A stretch of 64,000 nt of DNA from Harriotta raleighana (Eukaryota): NCBI GenBank assembly GCA_050575255.1, contig JBNZDD010013714.1, forward strand, positions 8,687,900 to 8,751,899, written 5' to 3'. Both the position numbers and the translations under genes were made by a program. The notes under the pieces were generated by a model that was given only the letters and a program-made list of their open reading frames with translations, made no database searches and was not told the origin of the DNA. Below, in pieces: positions 50,181-63,480 of the stretch (position 1 is its first letter; every line of letters begins with the position of its first letter).

Positions 50181-53100
50181 AGAAATACTGAAATGTGGTA
50201 TTTGTTAAATTTCTGTCCTGGATATTATAAATAAATACATAATATAGAACCATAAATAGAGTTGTCTAAATTGGTGGTATTCTTAGAATAAAATAATATT
50301 TTAACATCTCCCAGAATATTTTTTTTCAGGAATTGAGCATCTTGTGTGATAAAATATATTAATTAAGTTGGATATCAAGGTCCAATAGCCTTAAAAGAGA
50401 GAGAGAAATCAACATCGTATCAGCTCTCCATTAGTATCAATGATCCACAATGCTGATAGTATTCAGCAGCAAAGCAAACTGTATTAACCTCCTCCCCCAA
50501 CTTCAGCATTGACATGAAGACCCTTGAGCTGCATCACTTGGGGGAGTGGAGGGAGTGGATAGAGGGAGGGAGGGAGAGAAAGCTGATGTTAAATTGATGC
50601 CACAAAAGCACTGTCAGGTGAATTTAAAAGCAGTGTTACTGACACACTGGCCTCTGTCTGGGATTGCTGATAATGCAATCTCACAAGGACTATACCATCA
50701 TTCATTCCTTTAATAAAATATATAGTTCTGAAATAATTGTCTCAGATAGGGCTGCAAGCCTGTGTTTTTGTTCTGTTTCTAACGATTCTAGCTAGTAAAA
50801 TGAAATTTGGTCTTGGGATTTTGGTGACAATGTACATGTTCAACTAATGCACAAAAATGTGACAATTAGATTTTAAGAATCAAGGCACAAATAATTTCTT
50901 CACAACCATTGGAACTCCTCACATGAGATACACCAGTGAAATGTTCCCCCAGTGTAAGAACTGACTGATATAGAAGGTATATTTCTTATCTTATTAAAAA
51001 TTATCTTTTAATACCAACCAGATAAAATGATACAATATGTACATTTTTAATTTATTCATCTCTGTTCTAGTAAGGAAAATATTCTTTGTACCGCAAAACG
51101 TACCAAAGAGCAGGCTCCTGTTTAAAAGCTGTGTGCTTCTTGTAAAGAGTCAAATGATTAAATGCAACAAACGTGCTTAGGTTTCATGGATTATATCGAG
51201 TTAGACATTGTGCTACATTTATTACCTGAGAAATGCATACTTTTGCGTTTCACAGTCACACCTTAACGGGCAGAATTACACATAGTTTACACTTAAAAGT
51301 TGGAGTAAATTGCTTTGAATCTCCAGTCCCTCATCATTTGTTTTTCACCTTATTATCTTATGCTTGGCTGGTCTTTGTTCCTGTATCCTATGTAGATGAG
51401 TGACCCATTAGAGCCCCTGTTAATACATCAGTGTTCAAACTGCACTGCAACCACTTTTATCATGGCATGTCTTGTAGTGACTAGTCATGTTACAACTGGT
51501 TGATTATAGGTAATTCTGGTGGAAGATATTAGCTCCTTGTTCTGTGCAAAATGTACTGGATAAATACAGTAATGTAAGTTAGGCCAGCACTTTAATTATC
51601 TTTGATCCTATTTTCTTAGCTATTGTAAGATTCTTGTAATTTAGCATCACAAAAGCTCATGGGTGCATAGTCCGTCACTTAACCCAATTCTGAAAAAAAG
51701 AATTATACTGTTGCAAATTACTGTGTAGACACTAGCTGCATTTCACATCTGTTCTCTTTCTTTAAAGGCACAAGTTACCATAGTACACATTTATTTTTTT
51801 TCTTTCCGAGTCTTGAGCATTTGTAGTTGACATAATGATTTTCTTGGCTATTTTCCAAAACACACAGTTTCCGAAATAAAGGTGAGCATTTTCATATTTC
51901 AGTTGCTGAATTCCTCCAGATAGAGAATTTGATTTGTTTTTCACCAATAAATGTAGATGGTTTGCGAATATTCTAATATTTTTGAAAGGTTTTTGAAAAC
52001 GATACGTTCAAATATACCCAGTTATTATTGTTCAACGCACGAATATAGTCAATCAATCGAATCGACTCGAGCTTCACTGAGAAACAGTTGCACATTTTAG
52101 AAGTTGAATCACTTTTGAGGCAAAAGATGCAAGGAGATAAAGCAATGATTAAGTAATCCATGGTTGAGCGATTTGTAAGTTAACTAGTTTTATTTGCGCT
52201 TTATATAAAATCTCATCCAGGCAGAATTCTATTCCAATAAGGTTTCTTGGTAAGCTGGTCATGCAATTTTATGAATTCAACTGAAGTCTGGGACTTGTTT
52301 ATTTTTACAAGATATTCTTTATAATTAAAAAAACATTTTTGTTGGGGGTTATTTATGTTCACCGAGGGGACAGATATCAGTGCTGAGGATTGGAATGCAA
52401 TCCAAGTGTGTCACTGTGCTGCTTTTTGGGTTAACTGAACCACCAGATTGCTTTCTCTGAATTGTATTTGATGGTATTGCCAATTTAGTCACATCGAAGA
52501 AGAAACACCAAGTTAGCTCGTCGCAGAATATCTAGTTCAGTAACATTATAGTGTACTAACAGTGTGGCTGGAATTCCCTGAGGACACAACGTGTTTCCGC
52601 AGTGTTGTTCGGAATGCAAATGTAGGCTGCTTTTGCCTCGGAAAGACAACCCAGACTGCATCAAGTATTGTATATTGTGTATACAGTACTGTAAATAAAT
52701 AAAGATAATTTTTCACTTAATTACGTTCAGCAGAGTATAAGTACAATAACTCCTTTCCTTAATACTCTGTGATAGGTAATACTACAATCTCTGTTTCGAC
52801 ACCTATTATTTGTAGCTCCACAGAAAAATAAGCCTTTCTATATCTTATATATCACCAAATCTAATACACATTTTTGCTGATGTCCGAAACCAACTTTACA
52901 AGCGTTAAAATTCTAGGCCCAGAGGAGTTTAGCCCCAACAAAAGTAATATGTTAATCCAGTCATACTTCAGCCTTATGGGAAAGGGCAGGTTTGCTGGTG
53001 AGCTACCATAGGCATCTCAGAGTGTTCTACACGTCTGGAATTCTTTGTACTAACCAGCCAATTAGATTATGTTGTAACATTTTTCTCTCCTGTCCAGAGG

Positions 53101-54069
53101 CATTTCTGGACAATTAAGTTGGATCTTTTGCTCCATGAGCTACGTTCAGGTCTTTCTGAAATGACAGCCCTGCAACAAAAGAACTTAGGATTGTTTGACC
53201 TCCTCTAAAACAATTACGGTGGGATATATTGATCGAGATAGTATTGCAGACTATTGGAAAACAAAGCAAATTAAATCTGAAGACACATGTATTATACAAT
53301 GAAATATTTTACACAATGGGGTCTCATGCTGACTATTTTCAATGGGAATCTCGAAGTGCATCAAGCCCATCCATAAGCACTCCACTTTCCATTAGCACTT
53401 GAAATAATGTTTACTTCACATGGAATAATCGCACATTAAACACAGGCAATCAAGCCCGTTGAAGTGATTTTACCTAGAAATGTCTACAAACCTTCTCCAT
53501 TTCCAATGATAATTCCATTGATAACAATGCACATTGTTTCACATATAATAGCTAGTGTAAATTCTCCACATTAAAACCAAAATAAGCAGCAAATCACAAC
53601 AGATATTAGGTTTAATATTAGTGGATAAAATTAATATTTGTTTTGCTTATTTATATTGCTAGAGGAACAAGACATACAAGTGCAGTAATTTATATTAATG
53701 AAAACACTCAATTGAGCTAAATTGAAACAGACGCTGTATTTGTTGATATTTTTTGTTGTTCCACACGTCACTTAAAATGATGGATTTTCGAATGTAGTCG
53801 GGCAGATATGATCACTGATGCCACTCCAGACAGCTGTGTTTGAAAAGCTGTGAAGTATTTTTCATGAAATTCTCTACTGACAATGTGTCCCATAGTCCTA
53901 CCTGGATCTGGGCGTTCTTCAGATCTGTTCTTTGTGTTCACCCTGTACTGTGATGGCAACCATTTCCATTGTTATCTCAAGACCCTTATGGTGAATTTAG
54001 TACCATTGGACAATAATAATGATTACATTAATGTGCATATATTGACTGCTGCCTTGCCTGCAAAATACA

Positions 54070-54167
54070 TGGTCACTAAACTTCACAATGAATCCTATGA
54101 AGAGCTTTGAGACGGCTTCTTGATTCGAAAGGCATTTTGCTAAACATAAATAAGGATTATTATTATA
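54070..54167 (+). mobile_element. SINE 3' fragment
   Basis: GAAGAGCTTTGAGACGG...GAAAGGC...TAAGGATTATTATTAT. Confidence 0.65.
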
Positions 54168-55314
54168 ATCAACCTCACTCATTGTTTATTTGCTCATGCC
54201 TCCTCCTACTTGGAACACATTTCTATAAGCAGATTTTGCCAGAACAGAGTTCCCACAGCTGAGTGTAATCTAGCTAGGAGTTCTTCTTTAAACATTTTTT
54301 TAAAAAAGTTTTAAACTCCAAATCCTTATTGAAATACTCCAAATATTAGTATTAATACTTGTTTGCTTCAATAGCTGCATATAGCAAATAATTCTAGTTT
54401 TAATATCCTTTTTTACCCTTTCCCTTAACACTCCCAGTGTCAACGCTGAGCTTATGCATCAGAAATTCCCAGACTCCCATTGCTGAAATATAAATTGTAC
54501 TGATAGAAATTGGAATATTTCAATATCACTAGCAATATTTCCTCTGTAAAAGATCCTTTGTGCTGATAACAGAAGCTAAGGCATTCAATTAGACCCATTG
54601 TTTGAGACAGCTCAGTCCTGTTGCAAATGGAATTTTAAATCATACAAATCTGACTAAACACTGCAACATTCAAGATTTCATCCTACTCACAGAGAAATAT
54701 TCTTCTCAGCTGTTAAAAAATAATTGAGTCCATTTCAGTTATATTTATTCTGCTTGATTCAAACTGGGTGATGCACTGCTTAAAACCAAACAGCTTAAAT
54801 TTGCTTTACAACAAAACGTTATCAAAAACGGTGGGGAGGAAAATGCATATCCAGCCACAATCTGTGAGGATGTGGATCCTCAGCTCAGTTTCGATGGCTG
54901 GCATGGAGTTTGAAACATGTAAATTGTTTTAATGAGCGTCTAATCAACTGGTGCAGATTCCTGAGCTGCCTGACATCCTGTTCTCTTCGTAACTGAGCGT
55001 TAATTAAACACAGAGGGTGAGTTGCAAGATGGTAAGGCTCGTCTGGAACTCCATTACATTCTGTATGTCTTAAAACACTCAGCAAACACATGGAACAATA
55101 TTCACATTTAGCTGTTCTAAATAATATTGTATACTAATACTGTATACGTGTTTGTATGCATGTAAATATTAAGTGCAGAATCATTTTCCATCATCTAGAA
55201 TGCTGTACCAACATACTATACAGTATTACATTTAGTGTTCAGTAGTCCACTAAAGAGTCAGTCAGCAAAGGGTACAAAATCAGCAAGGCTCATGTAGTAC
55301 AGGTGTCAGTTTCA

Positions 55315-55660
55315 TCACAAAGAAGCTGGATGCATTTCTGTTTTTAAAAAGTGTTTAAGGTTACAAGGATAAGTGCACAAAGAGATGATCAAATACTTGG
55401 TTACTTCTTCCTGGTACCATGGAAACGTAGCCTATGGAATGCAGAGGTTAAGAAGTGACTGGTGTTGGTTTTAAGGTTGGATTAATGTTGTAGGAGTTTT
55501 TATTAATTATCGTTGAGAGTCAGGGAAATTTCAAACAGGTTCATCTAGCTGGGCGATTTTAACCTGTTCTTCATTAACTCCCTGATTTTGTAGTGTGGGT
55601 TGGATGGAATCAATGGCTGGGCAAATGTTTGGAGAGATTGGGATTGATAGGCTAAACTGT
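55315..55660 (+). mobile_element. Possible decayed CR1-like LINE 3' fragments
   Basis: AAGAAGCTGGATGCATTTCT (KKLDAF) and CAGAGGTTAAGAAGTGACT (QRLRSD, cf. RRLRGDL). Weak. Confidence 0.3.
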
Positions 55661-57758
55661 TGATGCTGTTGTGCAAGGTAACCAAAATGTTATGACATCT
55701 ACCCTATTATCCTCAAAATACAAAAATATCATAATTTCTTTAGGACTTACTAAACATTGTAATAACATTGTTATAATGGTATAACAATAGTATAACAAAC
55801 ATTTTGGTCACCATGCAGATTGTATTTTCTCATTCTATTCTGTTCTTTCGTAACACATAAGATTATTTGAGAGTATCGCATTATATTTTTAATAGATAGT
55901 AAATCGTTTTGTGTTAAAAATGATTATTTAATCAAAGGAAACCATTGATAATGCTTTCGAAATGTGTGCAGTTGACAAGTCATCGTGAAAAGCATTTCAG
56001 CAATAATGATGAAAAGATATTCAAGAAAATATTATAACATATTCTTAACCATTATCAGTTCTTAAATTGTTTTAAGGCTTCAATTATTAGCGTTTGTAAT
56101 ACAGAAAATTACTTTGCTACCCAACATTAACTTCCATAATTGAACATTATAAAATCACAATCAGGAATATTACAAACCAGTGTAAGGAATAAAAAAAATG
56201 AACATTGTATTTTAGCATTAAAATTCCTCCGCAAATTTGATTTAATATTTTTAAAGTAAAAAGAATTACTGATGCTACACAGAAATGCTGACCCTGGAAT
56301 GTAAAGTACTGTATAATAAAGCAGGAAATTGTATACATTTTCAAGTGATGCACTTTGTAAATAGACGGAAAAAAATAATTCATACTGCACAAAACATTCA
56401 TGCAAAATGTGCAATTAAGCTAAAATCATGCTGTCTCATATGTGTTACTGGATGATTATTGGAATATTATTTCAACAATATCCAGGGATGAAATGCCAAG
56501 TATACAAAATATTCCATTATATTTCACTACATGTGTACAATTATATGTATAAAAATCCAGGGACATAAATGAAATTTTATACATTAGGCACAGATTATGT
56601 ATAAAATTGTTCAATGTAATAATATTTGCAACAAAGTAAATTCTGATTATTTGTTGAATGACTATGTTGTACGAATTTGAATGAAAAATGAAACACTGCA
56701 AAATGGTTTGTTACAAATTTACACACCAACAATTATCCTTTTAAGGTGTAAATATCCAAAAGATTATATTTCTAAAACAAATTTGCAAATTTAATTGGCA
56801 GGAACGCTGGGATGTGAACAATCAGGAAACGATGCACATCCAGGGCAAGGATCCTATGTAAAATTCCTCTTAAATTGTGGCAATTTGTGTTCTCTGCATG
56901 AAAGTCTTTTCCATCTACCGTGCATTTTGCCTCGAGTCAGAAATGCAACAATGTGCATTTTTAAAATTCTGGAGGAAATCGTAGCAATATTGTATGTGGC
57001 CTCTTCTCATGCTGTGTGTTTAATATACTTATAACCACTGCTGTACACACCAGAATTACATCCTGACGTAAAAGGCACTATAGAAGTGTCATTTTGTTGT
57101 TGCTTGCAATGCAGTGATGAAAAGAAAATTATTTTGCTTGTCAATACTATAATGCTTGGATATAAATCAGAGGATCTTACAATAATGCATCTCAATTGGT
57201 TATTAAGTGTCCGTTGAAGGAATTCCTTGTATTAATAGTTGAAATTCAAGGAATTCTACACAAATCGTGAGATTCCATGCTTATGGAACCAGAGCAGAGG
57301 AATCTTATGGTCTGTGTGATTTTCCAAGTCAGCTCTTTTGACTGGGGATGTAGGGAATGGAAAAACAAAATTCAGCTGTAAGATGGTGAGGGGGTGCGCT
57401 TCTACATTACAAGCACACACAGCTAGCGTTGGTAACATGAACAACTAGTGGAATTAATCAATCTAAGAATCTTTAATGTAACAAAAGTTATATAAGCATA
57501 GAAACTACGTGATAGGATTAGATTAGTCTCAGTTCTCAAATGGGCAGAAACATTAAACTGATTTGAACTAAAATACGAGCAGTCTCGACACATTTCAAGT
57601 TAGTTCAAGTTCAACACGTTCAATTCTCAACTAAGTTTGTTCACAAGGCCATTTTCTGCCAATCATTTTAACAAGAGTACATTCCCAGGAAGAGCACACG
57701 TTTCCTGTTATGAGAGATACTCTTCAATCTATAAACTGTGATGGAATTCAGACTATGA

Positions 57759-57858
57759 TTGCTTACCGGCAAAGTCAACCTCAATCATAACTGACCATAG
57801 TTTCTAATCCTTTTATAAGTGACTGTTATATACATTTTTGTATAAGTGTCTTTATAAG
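57759..57858 (+). repeat. 100 bp dispersed direct repeat, copy 1 (copy 2 at 58168-58267)
   Basis: Ungapped, about 8 mismatches in 100 by manual comparison. Confidence 0.9.
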
Positions 57859-58167
57859 TCTTTGCAACTAAAGCAAATTCATCATTTACGTATATTATTT
57901 CTCATATTAGATAACAGGTGAAAAGTATATTTCTGATGAAGTCAACTCCTGATACAAACAAACTTTTTCTTGGCAAACAGAATTTACACCAACCAAGAAT
58001 TGGCTGTACTCAAAGTGAGTGGCATATCTGATACTAACCATAACATGTGCCAATTATTCTGACTAAAGAGGTGCAGCATCTAAACTTGGCTCACACTAAC
58101 TGCAAAGCTTCGTGTAAAATGAGTAACACTGTACATGTATTTCACTTGCCAAAGGACTGACATTCCT

Positions 58168-58267
58168 TTGCTTACAGGCAAAGTCAAATTCAATCATAAC
58201 CGACCACAGTTTCTAATCCTTTTACAAGTGATTGTTATATACATTTTTGTAAAAGTGTCTTTATAAG
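58168..58267 (+). repeat. 100 bp dispersed direct repeat, copy 2
   Basis: TTGCTTACAGGCAAAGTCAA...GTGTCTTTATAAG matches 57759-57858. Confidence 0.9.
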
Positions 58268-61171
58268 GTAAACCTAAGACATTCCTGACTGATTTTGCAT
58301 TGATTGGTTGGATGAAATTTCAAGTCAATAGATTTTAGGTACAATCAAAAGCCGGAACAAATCTTCAACTCAGCTCAGACATTGTGTTAAAAATGAGAGA
58401 ACTCTTAACACCAAGAGCCTGGAAAGAGGAACAAATTCAGGTTAAAAGTTGCTCTTAAAAAAACATCAGCACAAATACAGCCAAATTTAGATAGCATTAT
58501 TTACGAAAGGGAAACAAATTCAAGAATTCAAGAGAGATTCAGAAATCTCTCATGAACCTTAAGAACATTGTGACAACATCTAAAATCATACAGAATTTGG
58601 GGGACAATTCTTAAATCTATTCTGAGTTGGGAAGGCATTTTTCCAAAGATCATATAAAGCACAGTGGCCTGTAAAAACAAGAGGTGAAAGTAGCTGCTGG
58701 CTAGAACTTGGAAGTAGAGACGGTCAATTGGCAGGAATGAGGCTATCGACTAAATAAGAGAGAGAGAAAATGGCAAACTAGTTGGAAGAGGAATAGGTCA
58801 GGTAAAGAATGTGAGAGCAAACTGTGTCCCCGATTAAAAGATGAGCCACCACCAGATTTAGCTACATCTGCAATATTTCCTCATGCAGACAAGAGTAACT
58901 CCTCCGTGCAGAGCTGATAAGAATGATCTCATTATATTTGGCACATTTGCATGTTGCATTAACAATAGAACGGCGAGATTGATTGATAATATTTTTTATC
59001 AATGTCATTAATTCTTAATCCGCATCATAAGAAATATGTAATGCAATACGTGTAATATTAACACACCTACATAGCAAAGATGTCTTGTACGTGTGTCCGG
59101 GTAATGTAAATTTCAGTTAATGCAATGTGATTGTGAATCCTTATGTTCATGCAAGCATCAGAGTATGCTGGATGTTGCAGGGGTGGATATAAAGCTTACT
59201 CTAGATTTCTGTGTGTAGCAATGATATTACTAAAGACAGTGGTACAGGCAATTCCTACAGGTAGTTACGTAACCACTCTTGCTTACCTGAAACTAAGATG
59301 ATAATTTATTTGGTCAACTGAATATCTGAACTATGCCAAAATCACCGTCCTCAACCGTATGCAGAGCAGAAAAGAGGTCATTTTGCAATCTCAAGCCTAC
59401 ATTTTGCCCATTTCTGCATTCCCACTATGGTTGGGTGAATACCATCAGTGTTTTGAGCCACAGCAACAACTATACATGTTTTTTTTTTAGAAAACTTAAT
59501 TTTGCTCGGAGACAAGTTACTTGCTGACTAGTCTATTACAGAGGGTATAATTCCTGGGAGTCCTGTGAGGGAACGGGGGAAATCTGATTTGTGGCAACAC
59601 TAGTAAAGTATTACATTCAATTCCCTTTTTTTTCTTTTATTTCAAAGTCAATCCTACAGGGCAAAGCTCTATTAGGATTTTAATAGGTCTTACCGGATCT
59701 AATAGGATCATATATGACATGCAGTCAACCTCTCTTCTTATTATGATTTACTGTGTAACATTACCGGTTTAATGACCAGCATTGTTTCCCAAATATGTGG
59801 TAAATGCTCAATTAAGGCTCATCTCTAAACCGTCCAGTGCCTCTGCAACCTAGTTTATGTACACCTTTGGAATTTTCCTAGTTTTTCCATTCACATTCTA
59901 TCAGTCAATCCAAACTTGAAACAACAGAAATTCACGTCTTCAAACACCGGTGATTCAGCAGGGAAAGCGTTGGGAAGCATCAGTAGTAAGACATAGTATT
60001 CAAAAGCATTCTCCACATGTTTTCAAGTGACTGATTCAGTTTCCTTAAAAATATATCTTAATTTTTAGGTAGTGTTAGATTTTTTTCAGGAGTTATTATT
60101 GCCACATCACTTAATGTAAGCTGTTCATTACACACGTTAAAAGCAAACAATGCATAACTTTGTTCAATCATCTTAAAAAATACGAGGAAGGCAAATACAT
60201 CTTGTGTCAATTTTACATTCAATGGGAATGTAGGGTGCACACTAATCACTGCTTCTGGACATGAAAACATGGAGTACTGATGAAAATCTGTATATATTAT
60301 AAACACACACAAAGCTTCAAAAATGCTGTGTTGTTTGGTGACTAGGAACAGCATAACTTAAGCCATGCTGATAGGAAGGTTGCCAGTTCAAATCCCAGTA
60401 AAGAGTCAGTTCCTTCAGGACAGGAAGGAGGGGAGAAAATATTCTGCAAAAATATTCTTGTAGTCTGATCATAAAGGTCAGATGTTTGTTTTAATTCAAT
60501 CAGGCTTTACTCTCATAGGTTTGCAATATTATAATGGACCCTTGAATTAGATGGCTGGTTGGTAACTCTCTATGAAACCCTATGTTAACTTCCTTATAAC
60601 CTGGTGTGATGTTATGTTACTGTTTCAGTTCTGGCATTATAATGCAGCAACAACTAATCTGCTCAAATTCCATCTGTCACTTTCTACTCATCACTGAACT
60701 TCAGTCAGATTGATCTCTACAAAACTTCAGGAGAAACCATTACAGTAAGGTTTTTTGAATGTATTTCATAGAACAAAAGTATTTGGAAATGTGCTTCAAG
60801 TCTGTGACAAATTTCAATTAAAAACAATGCGTGCAAAAGACTCCAACATCACTCTTTCAGTTTTGACCCAGTAATATGTAGTGAAATAAATCCCAATGTC
60901 ACTGCAAATCATGTATTTCATCACTTCAGGCCAAATCACTTGGGATTCTTCCATGCATTTGAAACAGAACCACTTTCGCTATGCATTGTTTTCAAATCTA
61001 AGTATTTACAGTCTTATTTGCACCATGAAAGTACTATAATAAATAGTAAGAAATTCTTAACCCTCAGAACGCCAGAATCTCCAGTGAACATTGGCCTGAT
61101 TATCAGTCTATTAAGATTTCAGCATGTGCTCTGTGACACTGAAAGAAGCATTAATATTGAAGTAATATATC

Positions 61172-61233
61172 GAAGCGCTCTGAGATGCCGTCCGGCATGG
61201 AGGGCGCTATATATATCCAAGTTGTTATTGTTG
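61172..61233 (+). mobile_element. SINE/L2-like 3' tail fragment
   Basis: GAAGCGCTCTGAGATGCC...GGCGCTATATATATCCAAGTTGTTATTGTTGT. Confidence 0.65.
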
Positions 61234-63399
61234 TAATAAAACTACCCTGATGTCAGGAGAATACTAATCTTCCATAAGTATAAAAGAAGGGTCAAATATT
61301 GAAATTGAAAAGGTGGTGGTTCACCATTATCCACTCAGAAGTGTCAGCAGGGAATCTGGTTGTTGTCCAGCAAGATGCCATGACCATCTTTTGGAATCTT
61401 TCCTACCAAACTCCTGAGATAGATTGCAGGGTTTTAGGTTACGTTATTTTTTGTTCCAATCCAACGATTGGAACTGCTATCGTTTCTTTTCAGTTTGACT
61501 TGAAGCGCTGCAATTTAGTTTTTGGAACAAAGAACCCTGAGGTCTAAGCTACATGATCGGCCAAGCAGTTGCACACAACAAGTTTGAATAATGAGAATGT
61601 GGGGCAAGGGTATGTAGGAGGAGGTGCAGGACACGCACCGTGAACCAGGTAGCTGAACGCTGCCAAAATTGTGGGTGATAGAGAATAAAGTCTGTTTCTA
61701 TTGGGCCTATTGAGGTTTCAACAATGCCGATCAACCAGGTGATTCTTGGAAGGTGTATTTTCATGGTGCATCTGGTTCAAGTGGACTATGAATACAGTAC
61801 ATTTGGCCTCTGTTTCCTGCTCCTTATCGAGGACATGATCAGTCTTGGCTGTGTTTTCCACCAAGTCGAATAGCTTGACAGCACTAGTTACCTGGGATCA
61901 AGCATGAAGATTGGTCATTTAAGCAAGATACAGGTGCCCAAATGGAAATATCAGTCGAAATCTGCATGTTATTTACATAGAACTGCATGTGGGAGCACCG
62001 CTGTATAACAATAGAATGAAACATGTAGCTGTGAGGCAATACAATTTGTTCTTTTTAAACGAGAACTCGAGGTTGTTACTAATTAATGGGTATTGGGAGA
62101 GAGAAAAAAAACTAATTGGTGATGGGTGGTATTAATTTATTTATATCAAATATGATAGTAACAACAGGATGCTAAAATGAAGACTGACACTTAACAGGCA
62201 ACCAACTGGCAGCAGTCAGAAATGGTTTTGGAATTTGATTCTGCAGCGAGATCTCCAGAGATAATGACATCAAGTCATTCGTTGGCTTGAAAATAAACAG
62301 CAGCTCCAGAATTGTAACTTTGTGCAATATGTTGCCTCTCATAATATCAAAGCTCACTCATGTTTGGAAGGTTTAGATTCATATACAGTAATGTACAGTA
62401 TATATATTATATATATTTTTTAAAAAGTGCAAATCTCTGAAAACATCTGACACAGCTCAGTAGCTGGGAGACATTGTGCATCTGGCAAGCAAACCCTGTT
62501 GTTAAAAAATAATCCCAGTTCAATATAGAAATTGTAACAGATTCAAAAATATGTAAGTGAAGCGGAGAGTGTAACGGTTGGACTGAATGGGCCCAGAGGA
62601 AGCACGAGAGTTCTACCCTTTTTGACACCGATTCACGAATGCATCGTGAAGTTTATTGGGATGGTAAATGCTGGGTACTTACTAACACTAGATCACAAGC
62701 ACTCACATATGGTTGACACAAAGATCCTTTTGCTCCCAGGATCCAAGCACTGTACTGTAACACTATTGATTGGAATGCTGGTAGTAATCACACAAATCAA
62801 ACATTTTAACAACAGGAAATGGACCACTTGGCCTTTGCTCTCGAGTCACGTTAGATTCCGGCAGCAATAACAGGAACAAAAGCAACTTTGAAACACAAGC
62901 AATGTTTTAGGCCGGGAGTGTGAGTTTATGAAAGAGGCAACATTCAGCTGATAACGTTATGTGCGGGAACCACCAAGGTGTCCAAATGCTGCAACAAATG
63001 CTTTCTAAGTAAGTAAATGACTGTTCTTACACACAGAAGATTGCAGGAATAATATTAAAGAGATGAATCCCTTCCAAGATCAAAACTGAATCACCTTGGT
63101 TTATAAACAATTTTGGCTTATCTTTGACATTGCTTAATTTTTCTCTAACGCAAGAGAGCCCGAAGGATAACCTCTTTAGGATCTTCCACAATCCACCTCG
63201 CAGGAGGTGGGTCTCTTTCAAAAGGGACGCGATGTTTCACCTGACCTGATGGGAGTTTCAACAATTTATGGAGATTAGCAGGGCTGATTCAGCCAAATGT
63301 TCCATTATGATGAACGTTTTAAACACAAGGGAGCACAGTAAATTAGGAATTTGGGAGGAAGAAGGGTGGGAATTCAGCCAGATGCTGTGTTTGCCTGAA

Positions 63400-63480
63400 A
63401 AACAGTCACTACACTTGACAGTAATTAATTGTAAAGCACTTTGAGGCATTTTATCTTGACAACTTGCTATAAAAATGCTA
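63400..63480 (+). mobile_element. Deu-SINE-type 3' tail relic
   Basis: ACAGTCACTACACTT...ATTGTAAAGCACTTTGAGGCAT...GCTATAAAAATGC. Confidence 0.55.

Noticed and set aside
61240-61900. Possible retroelement coding relic
   Set aside because: The frames I translated gave no motif I could identify with confidence.
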